DNA of 64,000 nucleotides. Source: an uncultured delta proteobacterium (GTDB lineage: Bacteria > Desulfobacterota > Binatia > Binatales > Binataceae). Under the pieces are notes generated by a model. It was not told where the DNA came from, made no database searches, and saw only the letters and a program-made list of their open reading frames with translations. The position numbers and the translations under genes are program-made. Location of the stretch: assembly GCA_963805315.1 (NCBI GenBank), contig CAWDTQ010000010.1:84114-148113 (forward strand), read 5' to 3'. Positions 35,555 to 46,464 of this stretch are shown here, in pieces; position 1 is the stretch's first letter; every line of letters begins with the position of its first letter.

Positions 35555-36722
35555 GTGATTGCTTTGCGAAATTATTTGGTGAGCGCAAATCGGAAAACGG
35601 ACGTGGCTGTCGTCGGCGCGGGCATACTGGGGCTCGCGCACGCTTACTTCGCGGCGAAACGCGGGCGATCGGTGGTCGTCTTCGAGCGCACGCCGAGAGC
35701 GCAAGGCGCGTCGGTGCGCAACTTCGGGATGATCTGGCCGATCGGGCAACGAGCGGGCGCCGTACATCAGATGGCGACGCGCAGTCGTCAAATCTGGAAT
35801 GAGATTCTCGACGCCGCCGGATTGCAGTATCGCCCCACCGGCTCGCTCCATGTCGTTTACCATCAGGACGAAGCCGACGTTGCGCGCGAGTTCGTCGAGC
35901 GCGGGCCGGGACTCGGCTACACCTGCACATGGCTGTCGCCCGCCGAGGTGCTGAAGAAGAGCCGGTCCGTTAATCCTGAAAAACTGCTCGGCGGCATCTG
36001 GAGTCCCGACCGAGCTGACTGTCGATCCACGCTTGATTCTCGCGCGGCTGCCGGCGTTTCTCACTGAGAAATTCGGCGTTCAGTTCCGTTTCGGAACCGC
36101 GGTGCGCTCGATTGAGCTGCCGCGCATCGAAGCCGGATCGGAAATCTGGCATGCGGAGCACGCAGTCGTTTGCGGCGGCGACGATTTCGAAACTCTCTTT
36201 TCAGAATTGTTTGCCGCTAGCGGGATAGACCGTTGCAAGCTGCAGATGATGCGCACAGCGCCGCAGAAAGACGGCTGGGAGCTGGGCCCTGCCCTCGCCG
36301 CCGGGCTCACGCTGCGCTTCTATCCCGCGTTTGAAATCTGCACGGCGACGCTGCCGAAATACAAAGAGCGAGTCGCGCGCGAGCTGGCCGACTACGATCG
36401 CTTCGCCATTCACACGCTCGTCTCGCAGACCGCGGACGGCGCGCTGACGCTGGGCGATTCGCACGAGTACGGTCGGGCAGTCGATGTCTTCAACAAAACC
36501 GAAATCGACGAGCTGGTGATGCGAAACGTGCGCGAGTTCCTGGTTGCGCCCGATCTTTCGATCGCGCAGCGATGGTACGGCGTGTACGCGAAGCATCCGG
36601 ACAAGTCCTGGGTCGCGATCGACGCAGCGCCCGGAGTTCGCATCGTCACGGCGGTCGGCGGTTCCGGGATGACGCTGTCGTTCGGGCTGGCCGAACAGAT
36701 GATTCGCGAGATGAATATATAA
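35555..36722 (+). CDS. TIGR03364-like FAD-dependent oxidoreductase (phosphonate-associated); one frameshift ~36010-36060
   Basis: VVGAGILGLAHA, GASVRNFGMIWP, CKLQMMRT, GLTLRFYPAF, VGGSGMTLSFG; TAATG overlap with phnX. Confidence 0.8.
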
Positions 36723-37542
36723 TGATGCAATCGTATTCGGGGCCGGTGCGGGCCGTCATTCTCGATTGGGCGGGAACGACGGTCGATCACGGCAGCCTCG
36801 CGCCGGTCCGCGTTCTGCAACAAGTGTTCGCCGGCCGCGGCGTGCCGATCTCGGAAGAAGAAGCGCGGCGCGACATGGGCATCCTCAAGAAGGATCACAT
36901 CAGAAAGATTCTGTTTGGGCCGGGCGTCGCGACCAGATGGCGCGTCGCCGCAGGGCACGAGCCGACGCGAAGCGGACGTCGAAGATCTGTTCGCGAATTT
37001 CGTGCCGCTACAGCTCGAATGCCTGGTCAGATACTCAAGCGTGATCGACGGAGTCGCGGAGACGGTCGCGCGCATCCGCAAACGCGGAATCAAAATCGGA
37101 AGCACGACAGGATACACGCGCGCGATGCTCGATATGATCCTGCGGCCTGCCGCCGAGCAGGGCTACGAGCCCGACTGCGCGATCACGCCGGATGAGGTCG
37201 GCGCGGGACGCCCGCATCCGTGGATGATCTACGCCAACGCAATTCGACTGCAGGTCGAGCCGCTCGCGGCTGTCGTGAAAGTCGGCGACACGCCCGTGGA
37301 TATCGAAGAGGGACTTGCGCGCGGGGGTGTGGACGGTCGGCGTCGCGCGCACCGGCAATATGATCGGAATGTCGGCGGAGGACTTCGCCGCGCTCGCAGC
37401 CGCGGAGCAGACGACTCGACTCGAGAATGCGCGGCGTCACCTCGCGGCAGCCGGCGCGCACGAAGTGATCGACGCGGTCGCCGACTGCGAGGCGGCGCTC
37501 GACGCGATCGAGGCGCGCATCCGCCGCGGCGAGCGTCCTTAG
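36722..37542 (+). CDS. phnX: Phosphonoacetaldehyde hydrolase (phosphonatase); two frameshifts
   Basis: VILDWAGTTVDHGSLAP, MGILKKDHIR (Schiff-base Lys), GSTTGYTR, GRPHPWM, VKVGDT..DIEEG..AGVWTVGV. Confidence 0.85.
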
Positions 37543-39066
37543 TAGCGCGGGGCGCGGCGGGTGATTGGGCCGTCGTCGCTTAGCATGATGTGCGTCAGCG
37601 TTTGCTCGTCGTGGTTCATGCGCCACGACAGGAGCTTCTGCGCGTACTCGAGTACCAGAGGCGCGTAGTCGGCGTCGTTCGCGAGGTTCACGAACTCGCC
37701 CGGGTCCTTCTCCAGATCGAAGAACAGGGGCGGCAGGTTCGTGAAATGAACGTACTTGTATCGATCGCCGCGAACGATGTTCATCGTGCATTGATGCATC
37801 GTGAGTCCCAGCGCGCGCTCCGCCGAGTCGTCGGCCGGATCGCGAAAGTCGAACTCCCAGTGCGCTTCGCTCCGCCATCTGACGGGACGTCCGCCACTCT
37901 TGATGAAGGGCTCGAGTGAAAGTCCGTCGCATTGCAGTGGAATTTCGGCGCCGATCGCTTCGAGCATCGTCGGCATGATATCGACGTTCTCGGTGAAGTC
38001 CGAAATCACCGCGCCGCGCGCTGAATCGGCTTGCGGCCGTGGATCGCGAACGATTAGCGGAATGTGGTACGAGCCGTCGAAATAGCCGCACTTGCCGATG
38101 AGCCAGTGGTCGCCAATCTGCTCGCCGTGATCCGAAGTAAAGATGATGAGCGTCGAGTCCCAGCGCCCCGATTCCTTGAGAAACCGAAGCCAGCCTTCCA
38201 ATCTCGGCATCCACGCGGCTCATCAGTCCGTAGTAAACGGCCTTCAGCCGCCGAAGTCGCTTCTCATTGTTCGTCGCTCTGAAGACCCGGCGCTGAAGCT
38301 GATGCGCGAGCCACGGATGCTGCCTTGCTTCATCTTCCGGCGTGGCCAGGCGCGTGAAACCCGGCACATCCGCGGGATCGTACATCGCATTGTACGGCTC
38401 GGGTGCGACGAACGGCGGATGAGGGCGAAGAATCGACAAGTGCGCGATGAAACGCCCAGACGCGTCGCGAATGTAGTCGATCGTCTTGCCGACCAGGAAC
38501 GCGGTGTCATCGAACTCAGCCGGATACTTGAGCGGCTTGGGATGCGCCGCGCCGTTTTCATAGTCGGGACCATCTTCACGATTGCCGTAGGCGAAGCGAA
38601 TATCCGCAGGCACCTCGAAACCGCGAGCGCGCAGCCAATCCGTCCACGGCGTCGGCCTGCCGATCATCAGACATACGGGCCGGATACCCGGCAGAGGACC
38701 TTCGTAACTTTTCAGCCACGGATCGCCCGCCGCCAGTCCGCGAGGATCCTGGCTCGTGTCGGTGTATCCGAACAGCACCGGATCGTAGCCATGAGCGGCG
38801 GCTTCCTTGGCCCAGTTGGTGTGACGCGCGTCGAGCGGGGTGCCGTTGGTGCCCGAGCGATGATTCTGAAGATACATCCCGGTGTGAAGCGACGCGCGGC
38901 TGGGACCGCACGGGACGGCGTTGGCGAAGTGACGACGGAAGAGCACGCCCTCGGCTGCGAGCGCGTCGAGATTCGGCGTACGAACTACAGGATGATCGAG
39001 CGCTGAGAGACAATCGCCGCGCCATTGGTCGGCGGTGATGAACAAAATATTGAGCGGCGATCCCAT
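37539..39066 (-). CDS. Alkaline phosphatase superfamily sulfatase-like enzyme, phosphonate monoester hydrolase type; frameshift ~38210
   Basis: NILFITADQWR, formylglycine motif CGPSRASLHTG, NGTPLD.RH, GYDPVLFGYT, TSDHGEQ.GDH. Confidence 0.8.
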
Positions 39067-39121
39067 GTTGCGACGGCTACGTCGCGGATAGTAGCCGCCG
39101 CCCGCGCTTTGCGTCCAGCGG

Positions 39122-39649
39122 CTATTGCGTCGACATCAGATCGGCCTTGCCGGTCGCGAGATCCACCGGAAATGAGTTGTGCTCGTGGACGATCAGCCAT
39201 TTCCCTTTGATCTTCTTCAGGCAGTCGGTGGTCCGTAAGACCATTTCGAACTTTTTGCCGCTCTTGTCAGTCGAAGTCATGTGGCTGGTGTAATGCGCGA
39301 AGGCGAGCTTGCCGTCGGTCACGATGTCGAGGTCGCTGATTTCATTGGTCACGGACCCGGCTGCGGCGGTCGAAAAGAAACCCTCGAAGTCCTTGCGGTA
39401 GGCGGCAGCGCCGACGTACTGGCGCGGAGGAATGACGTCGAACACAAACAGATCTTCACCGGGGGCATAGCACTGCATGATCTTGTCGAGATCCTTGGCT
39501 GCGATCGCCGCGGCCAACTGCTGTTCGAGCGCCTGGATTTGCGCCTTGTCGGCCGAAGCCGCTCCAGCGTTGAACGCGACGCCGAGTAAAACGACGGCAA
39601 CAGCTACAACTCCCAGAGCGAACGGCTTCCTTGCGTGACGAGCATTCAT
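39122..39649 (-). CDS. Exported SnoaL/NTF2-like protein
   Basis: gaggag RBS, signal peptide, FDVIPP.QY.G...YRK, KIKGKWLIVHEHNSFP. Confidence 0.8.
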   Translation of the reverse strand: MNARHARKPFALGVVAVAVVLLGVAFNAGAASADKAQIQALEQQLAAAIAAKDLDKIMQCYAPGEDLFVFDVIPPRQYVGAAAYRKDFEGFFSTAAAGSVTNEISDLDIVTDGKLAFAHYTSHMTSTDKSGKKFEMVLRTTDCLKKIKGKWLIVHEHNSFPVDLATGKADLMSTQ

Positions 39650-39864
39650 GCGACTCCTCCCTCTAGCTCTTTTGGATTCGGCTTCCCGGCTACTCAGGGA
39701 GCGAATAGTTGATGCCCCACTCACCGTCGGCCATGCTCGACGGGGCGGCGCTTAAAGTCAAGCGGGCGAGCGAGCTGGACGACTTGGGAAGACCCTGAAG
39801 TGTTTGCAGACGGCTGATGTCGGTGCGAGTCTGAAGTAGGAATCAGACGGCGGAGGGAGACCGG

Positions 39865-41337
39865 ATGAGTGCTCGTCAATCGGTGGTCGTAGTCGGCGCA
39901 GGGCTGGGCGGCCTGTGCGTCGGTGCGCATCTGAAGAAAGCCGGGATCGACGACTTCGTCATCCTGGAGAAAGCCAGCCGCGTCGGCGGAACTTGGCGCG
40001 AGAACACCTATCCCGGATGCGCCTGCGACACGCCGGTCGCGATGTACCAGTTCTCGTTCGCGCGGACGCTCAAGTGGAGCCATCTGTTTCCGCGCGCGGC
40101 GGAAGTTCAGCGCTATACCGAGGACCTGGCCGACATGTTCAACCTGCGGCCGCATCTGCGGATGAGCCAGGGTGCAGCGACGGCCGAGTGGGACGAGGCG
40201 CGCGCGCAGTGGCGGGTAAGGAGCACGAACGGCGAGACTTATGATGCGAACGCGGTGGTGATGGCGCTCGGACAACTCAACCGCCCGCAACTGCCGGAGA
40301 TCATCGGCCGCGACAGCTTTGCCGCGCCGTCATGGCATTCGGCGAATTGGAACCACGATGTCGATCTCGGCGGCAAGCGCGTCGGCGTGATCGGCTCCGC
40401 AGCGAGCGCCGTGCAGCTGATCCCCGAAGTCGCGAAGGTCGCAGGCCATCTGACGGTGTTTCAGCGGTCGCCGAACTGGATCCTGCCGCGGCTCGATCGC
40501 GAAGTAACCGAGGTCGAGCGGAGGGTCCTGGCAAACTCACCCGAAGTGAGCGCCTCGGAGCGCGAGCATCTGTACCTCACTTTCGACGCGCTGTTTTGGC
40601 AGATCTTCAGCTACACTGCGGCGGGACGCGAATTTTACACCGAACAGGCGCTCAACCACATGGCGATGCAGGTGCCCGATCCCGGATTGCGCCGCAAGCT
40701 CACGCCCGATTACCCGATAGGATGCAAGCGCGTGCTGTTCGCCGACGACTACTATCCGGCGCTGACACAGCAGAACGTCGCGCTGGTCACCAAGGGAATC
40801 GACCGGATCGTGCCGAAGGGCGTCGTCACGAAAGACGGCGTCACGCATGAATTGGACGCGCTCGTCTATGCGACCGGCTTCGAGACGACCGGCTGGCATT
40901 GGTCGGTCGATGTGATCGGAAAGGACGGCCTCCGGCTTCGCGATGCTTGGAAGAATGGTCCCGAGGCTTACCTCGGAATAATGGCGGCGAAGCTTCCCAA
41001 TCTCTTCATGATCTACGGCCCGAACACCAATCTGGGGCACAACACAATTACATTCATGATCGAACGGCAGACCGAGTATATCGTCCAATGCCTCGACGCG
41101 ATGCGCACCCGCAACCTGGCGGCGATCGAAGTGACGCAGGCCGCGCAAGACCGCTTCAACGCCGAGCTTCAGGCGCGCCTCAGCAAATCAACCTGGGCCG
41201 ATCCGAGCTGCGTGAGCTGGTACAAGAACGCCGACGGCCATATCACGCAGAACTGGGGCAGCGACACGCGCGAATACCGGCGCGCGACCAAGGAGGTGGC
41301 GTGGCTGGACTACGCCGTGCGTCGCAACGGCGCATAA
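39865..41337 (+). CDS. Baeyer-Villiger-type flavin monooxygenase
   Basis: GAGLGG, GGTWRENTYPGCACD, F..P.WHSANW fingerprint, GSAASA, ATGF. Confidence 0.9.
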   Translation: MSARQSVVVVGAGLGGLCVGAHLKKAGIDDFVILEKASRVGGTWRENTYPGCACDTPVAMYQFSFARTLKWSHLFPRAAEVQRYTEDLADMFNLRPHLRMSQGAATAEWDEARAQWRVRSTNGETYDANAVVMALGQLNRPQLPEIIGRDSFAAPSWHSANWNHDVDLGGKRVGVIGSAASAVQLIPEVAKVAGHLTVFQRSPNWILPRLDREVTEVERRVLANSPEVSASEREHLYLTFDALFWQIFSYTAAGREFYTEQALNHMAMQVPDPGLRRKLTPDYPIGCKRVLFADDYYPALTQQNVALVTKGIDRIVPKGVVTKDGVTHELDALVYATGFETTGWHWSVDVIGKDGLRLRDAWKNGPEAYLGIMAAKLPNLFMIYGPNTNLGHNTITFMIERQTEYIVQCLDAMRTRNLAAIEVTQAAQDRFNAELQARLSKSTWADPSCVSWYKNADGHITQNWGSDTREYRRATKEVAWLDYAVRRNGA

Positions 41338-41341
41338 CGGT

Positions 41342-41998
41342 ATGACACTCGAATACGATCTGTTCTGGTCCTTTCGGTCGCCATATTCCTATCTGGTTAC
41401 GCCGCGCCTGATTGAATTCGAGCGCGAGTACGACGTGAAGGCCAATGTCAGGCCGGTCTATCCGATCGCCGTCCGGATTCCCGGTTTTTTCAAGCAGGTC
41501 AATCCGATGTGGCCGCCGTATTTGATGCGCGACTGCTCGCGGATCGCGGAGATGCTGGGGATGCCCTTCGCCTGGCCCAGCCCCGATCCCATCGTCATGA
41601 ACATCGGCACCGGCGAGGTGCCGAAAGAGCAACCTTATATACACAGACTGACGAGGTTGGGCGTCGCCGCCACCGCGGCGGGCAAGGGACTGCCGTTCCT
41701 CGCGGCGGTGAGCGCCGTGATTTTCGGCGGAGTAAGAGACTGGCATCTCGGCGACCATCTCGCGGGCGCGGCGCGGCGCGCCGGGCTGGACCTCGCGAAA
41801 CTCGATTCGGAAATCGAGCGCGACCGGGACCGCTACGAAGCCGCGATCGCCGAAAATGAATCCGCGCAGAAACGCGCCGGCCATTGGGGCGTCCCATTGA
41901 TGGTCTTCAACGGCGAGCCGTTTTTCGGACAGGACCGCTTCGATCTGCTGCGATGGCGCATGCAGCGAAACGGGCTTTCCCGCCGCAAAGCGGCATAA
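41342..41998 (+). CDS. DsbA family 2-hydroxychromene-2-carboxylate isomerase-like protein
   Basis: FWSFRSPYSYL, GHWGVPLMVFNGEPFFGQDR. Confidence 0.85.
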   Translation: MTLEYDLFWSFRSPYSYLVTPRLIEFEREYDVKANVRPVYPIAVRIPGFFKQVNPMWPPYLMRDCSRIAEMLGMPFAWPSPDPIVMNIGTGEVPKEQPYIHRLTRLGVAATAAGKGLPFLAAVSAVIFGGVRDWHLGDHLAGAARRAGLDLAKLDSEIERDRDRYEAAIAENESAQKRAGHWGVPLMVFNGEPFFGQDRFDLLRWRMQRNGLSRRKAA

Positions 41999-42134
41999 GC
42001 GCGATACAAGCCCGCAGCGCCGGGAAGAATTGTGGCCGGCGCTACGGGCGCAAAACGGCCACAAGACCATACATTTAGTCAGGTAATCCTACTTACCGCT
42101 TGCTTCGCTCCGTAGTACCGTTTAGTAATAAAAT

Positions 42135-45100
42135 ATGACAATGTGGCGGGCCCCGCTTCGGGGCACGGTGGCGGTGTGGGCTGTGGTTGTCTGCGGCATG
42201 GTCCTGGCGGGACCGTCTTACGCCGCGGGGCCGTCGAAAATTCACGGAAACCATCCCGCGGATATCGCCAATCTTACTGCGATGCGGGCCGACGGCAGCG
42301 CGCCGCTCGAACTCAGCGTCGTGCTGGGCCTGCACAATCAGGCCGCGCTGGAGAAGTTGCTGGCCGCGCAGCAGGATCCAAACTCGCCCGAATACCATCA
42401 CTGGCTGAGCGCGGCGGAATTTAATGCGCGCTTCGGCCCGACCGCGGCGCAAATCGACGCGGTAAAGAACTGGCTCGCGGATGCGGGTTTCGTCGTCGCC
42501 AAAGTCGATGGCCGCTCGCGAACCATCACCGTCACGGGCAGCGTCGCGACCGCCGAGGCGGCCTTTGCCACCGAGATTGTCACCGACGGATCCAATTTCG
42601 GGAACACATCCGATCCGTCGGTGCCGGCCGAGCTGGACGGCTTGATCGCGGACATCCGCGGACTGGACAACATGCGCGCGCTCGCGCCCGCAGGGCTGCA
42701 TCAGACACTGTCAATTGCGCCCTCGACAGCTCATTCGCCGACCGAGCTGGTGCTCGCGCTGGCCGACGCGGCCGATCCGAACCCGTCCAACGAAAACGAA
42801 AGTGCACCGCCCGATCCGGGCGTCAAGTTTGGCGGATCGACGGCCTTCGGCCCGTTCGATATCGAGACGTTTTACGACGAGGCTCCGCTGATAACCGCGG
42901 GAGATAGCGGCACTGCGTCGCCCGATTGCGTCGCGCTGGCCGAGGACTCCGACTATCTCGATGCCGCACCGGCGTTGTTCGATTCGGATTTCGGCTTTCC
43001 CGCGATCAACCTCACTCGAGTGCTGCCCACCGGCACCTCGCCCGGCACCAATGCCAACGAGACCGAGGCGCAACTGGATATCGACTACGCGCACGCGACG
43101 GCGCCCGCGACGCCGATTCACGTTTACGTCAACTCGAACCTCGAAACCTCGATCTCTTCTGCCATTTCCGACAACATCTGCGGCGCGATAAGCATCAGCT
43201 TCATCTACTGCAGCTCGACGAATTCATTTTTTACCGGACTGGATACGTGGTTCTCGCAGGCGGCGGCGCAGGGACAATCGGTGTTCATAAGCTCGGGCGA
43301 TTGGGGCGCGGCCGGACTGCAATACGATTCGACCACCAACGCCTGCGTGACCGGCACGAGCAAGAATCCAAGCGAGATGGCGTCCAGTCCACACGTCACC
43401 GCGGTCGGCGGAACGCAGTTCTCGCCGCAATATAATAGTTCCGGCAACGACATCAGCGTGATTGGAGTGGCGCCAGGCGGAATCGAAACGGCGTGGGGCT
43501 CGAGTGGCGGGGGCGTCAGCAACATATTTTCGAAGCCGTCGTGGCAGACCGGCACCTTCAACGACAACATGCGCGACATTCCCGATATTTCGATGATCGC
43601 GTCGTCGCCCGGCGTCTTCATCGGCGCCGATTCGTCCGGCACCGCGATTATTCAGTGCTGCTGGGGCGGCACCAGCTTGTCGGCTCCGTTGTGGGCCGGC
43701 TTTACGCGGGTGATCGCGCGCAAAGAAGGCACCGCGCGCCTCGGTCTCGTCAATCCCACCACTTACGCGCTGGCCAACGCGGGCGCAGCCGCCAACGGGT
43801 TGATCGATGTGACCAGCGGCAACAACACCTTCAACGGCGTGACGGGTTATCCCGCCGGCGTCGGCTTCGATCTGGTCACCGGATGGGGCAGCCCCGACAT
43901 GACCAAGTTCGCCAACGCTTACGCAAGCGCGCCGCATCCCAGCCCGACACAGACACCGACCGCGACGGCGACTCCGACGCGCACGGCCACTAGCACAGCG
44001 ACTGCAACTGCAACGTCCACCGGGACTGCTACAGCCAGTCCAACGCCGACCATCACGGCGACTACGACAGCAACCTCGACGCGCACGCCGACTGCGACGG
44101 CGACAGCTACGTCCACCGCGACGCCGACCGCAACCGCGACAGCCACATCAACTGCAACGCCGACCGCCACCGCAACAGCAACCTCGACGCGGACGGCGAC
44201 GGCGACCGCCACATCAACTGCAACTGCGACCGCCACATCAACTGCAACGCCGACCACAACTGCCACGGCCAGCGCGACGAAGACTGCGACGGCGACGGCA
44301 ACCTCGACGCGGACGGCGACCGCAACATCAACTGCAACGCCGACCACGACTGCGACCGCCACTGCGACTCAGACGGCGACGGTGACCGCTACATCAACCG
44401 CAACGCCGACTGCCACAGCGACGACAACTGCCACGGCAACCTCGACCCGCACGGCGACTGCGACAGCGACCGCCACATCAACCGCAACCCCGACCACAAG
44501 CGCAACGTTGACTGCGACGGCTACGGCAACCTCGACGCGGACTGCGACTCAGACGGCGACGGCAACTGCCACATCAACTGCAACGCCGACTGCCACAGCG
44601 ACGACAACTGCCACGGCAACCTCGACCCGCACGGCGACTGCGACAGCGACCGCCACATCAACCGCAACCCCGACCACAAGCGCAACGACTGCCACGGCTA
44701 CGGCAACCTCGACGCGACGGCGACTCAGACGGCGACGGCAACTGCCACATCAACTGCAACGCCGACTGCCACAGCGACGACAACTGCCACGGCAACGACA
44801 ACCTCGACCCGCACGGCGACTGCGACAGCGACCGCCACAGCGACCGCAACGCCGACCACGACTGCAACCGCCACTGCGACTCAGACGGCGACGGTAACTG
44901 CCACATCAACCGCAACCCCGACCACAAGCGCAACGTTGACCGCGACGGCGACCTCGACGCTGACTGCGACGGCTACATCAACCGCAACGCAGACTGCCAC
45001 GGCAACGACAACTGCCACGGCGACGACAACCTCGACGCAGACTGCGACAGCGACCGCCACATCAACTGCAACGCAGACCGTCACCGCAACGCCGACCGCA

Positions 45101-46411
45101 ACCCCGACCACAAGCGCAACGACAACTGCCACAGCGACGACAACCTCGACGCAGACGGCGACGCAGACTGCGACAGCGACCGGAACATCAACCGCAACGC
45201 CGACCACAAGCGCAACGTTTACCGCGACCGCGACCTCGACGCAGACGGCGACCGACACATCAACCGCGACGCCGACTGCAACGCAAACTCAGACCGCCTC
45301 TGCCACGGCGACCTCTACTCCGACTGCGACCTCTACTCCGACGGCGACGCCAACCGTGACCGCAACGGCAAGTGCAACCGCAACCACAACGGCAACTCCA
45401 ACCGCGACAGCCACCGCGACGGCGACTACTACACCGACCGCAGCGCCGACTACTTCGATGTCGGTTACTTCTTCGCTCGGGTTCGGCAATGTGGCCGTAG
45501 GCCAGACTTCCGCCAAGACCGTGACGGTGTCTAACAAGGGCAGGAAACATCCGCTGATGGTCTCGAGCGCGACGATGTCGGATCCGGAATATGCTTTGAG
45601 CGGGAAAGGAACCTGCGGTGCGATTCCCGTGACGGTTGCACCGCGGAAGTCCTGCTCGCTTGGCCTCACATTCACGCCCGCTTCGCTCGGGTTGCACAGC
45701 GCTACGCTTGCGCTCAGCGACAACACCATGACCAGTGCGCAGCATGTGGCGCTCTCCGGCACCGGCATTGGCGGCTTGAGTACCTCGAGCACCAGCTCGG
45801 TGTTCGGGATTGTGACGTTCGGCTCGACGGCGGCGAACAGCCTCACGGTTACCAACAATCAGGCGCAGCCGGTGACGCTGAGCGAGAGTTTCAGCGGGAC
45901 CAACGCCGCCGACTTCTCGATTACCGGCGGCACCTGCCCCAACGCCCCGGCCACGCTTGCGGCCAAGACCTCGTGCAAGGTCACAGTGACCTTCAAGCCG
46001 GGTGCGCTGGGAGCAGAATCCGCGACGCTGTCGATGTCCGACACTCCCGATTCGCTGGGCCCTTACGACGTCGCACTAACTACTGGCGCGACCGTTCCGG
46101 CCGCCGTCACGCCGACGTCGATGCGCTACGGCACCGTCTCGCGCGCGTCGTCGAAGACGCTCTCCGCTACCGTCACGAACATGTCGCCATTCACGCTGTC
46201 GCTTGACAGTACTGTCGACGGCCTCAATGCGGGCGACTTCCCGATCACTGGCGGCACCTGCGGCTCGACGCTTGCGGGCAACTCGTCATGCACGGTCGCG
46301 GTAATGTTCAAACCGACCAAGAAGACGACCGAGAGCGCCACGCTGGCAGGCACGGTCAGCTCCGATCCGACCAGCCCGCATAAAGTCGCCCTCAAAGGCA
46401 AAGGCTCGTGA
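42135..46411 (+). CDS. Secreted S53 (sedolisin/kumamolisin) protease with ~500-aa Thr/Ala stalk and three Ig-like domains; frameshift ~44715
   Basis: Pro-domain (F...F.PT....DAVKNWL..AGF), EAQLDIDY, SSGDWG, GGTSLSAP, FDLVTGWGSP; ORFs 42135-44897 and 44936-46411. Confidence 0.85.
44364..44900 (+). repeat. Tandem ~180-bp units in the stalk
   Basis: gcgactcagacggcgacgg recurs at 44364, 44544, 44720 and 44876 (periods 180, 176, 156). Confidence 0.8.
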
Positions 46412-46464
46412 GCGAGGGCGGGACGTCGAAGCGGAAGTTGCAAGTTAATTCGGAGACGCGACAG

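Noticed and set aside
43940-45445. Ice-nucleation protein
   Set aside because: Lacks the InaZ-type 16/48-residue AGYGSTxT periodicity; only generic Thr-X alternation.
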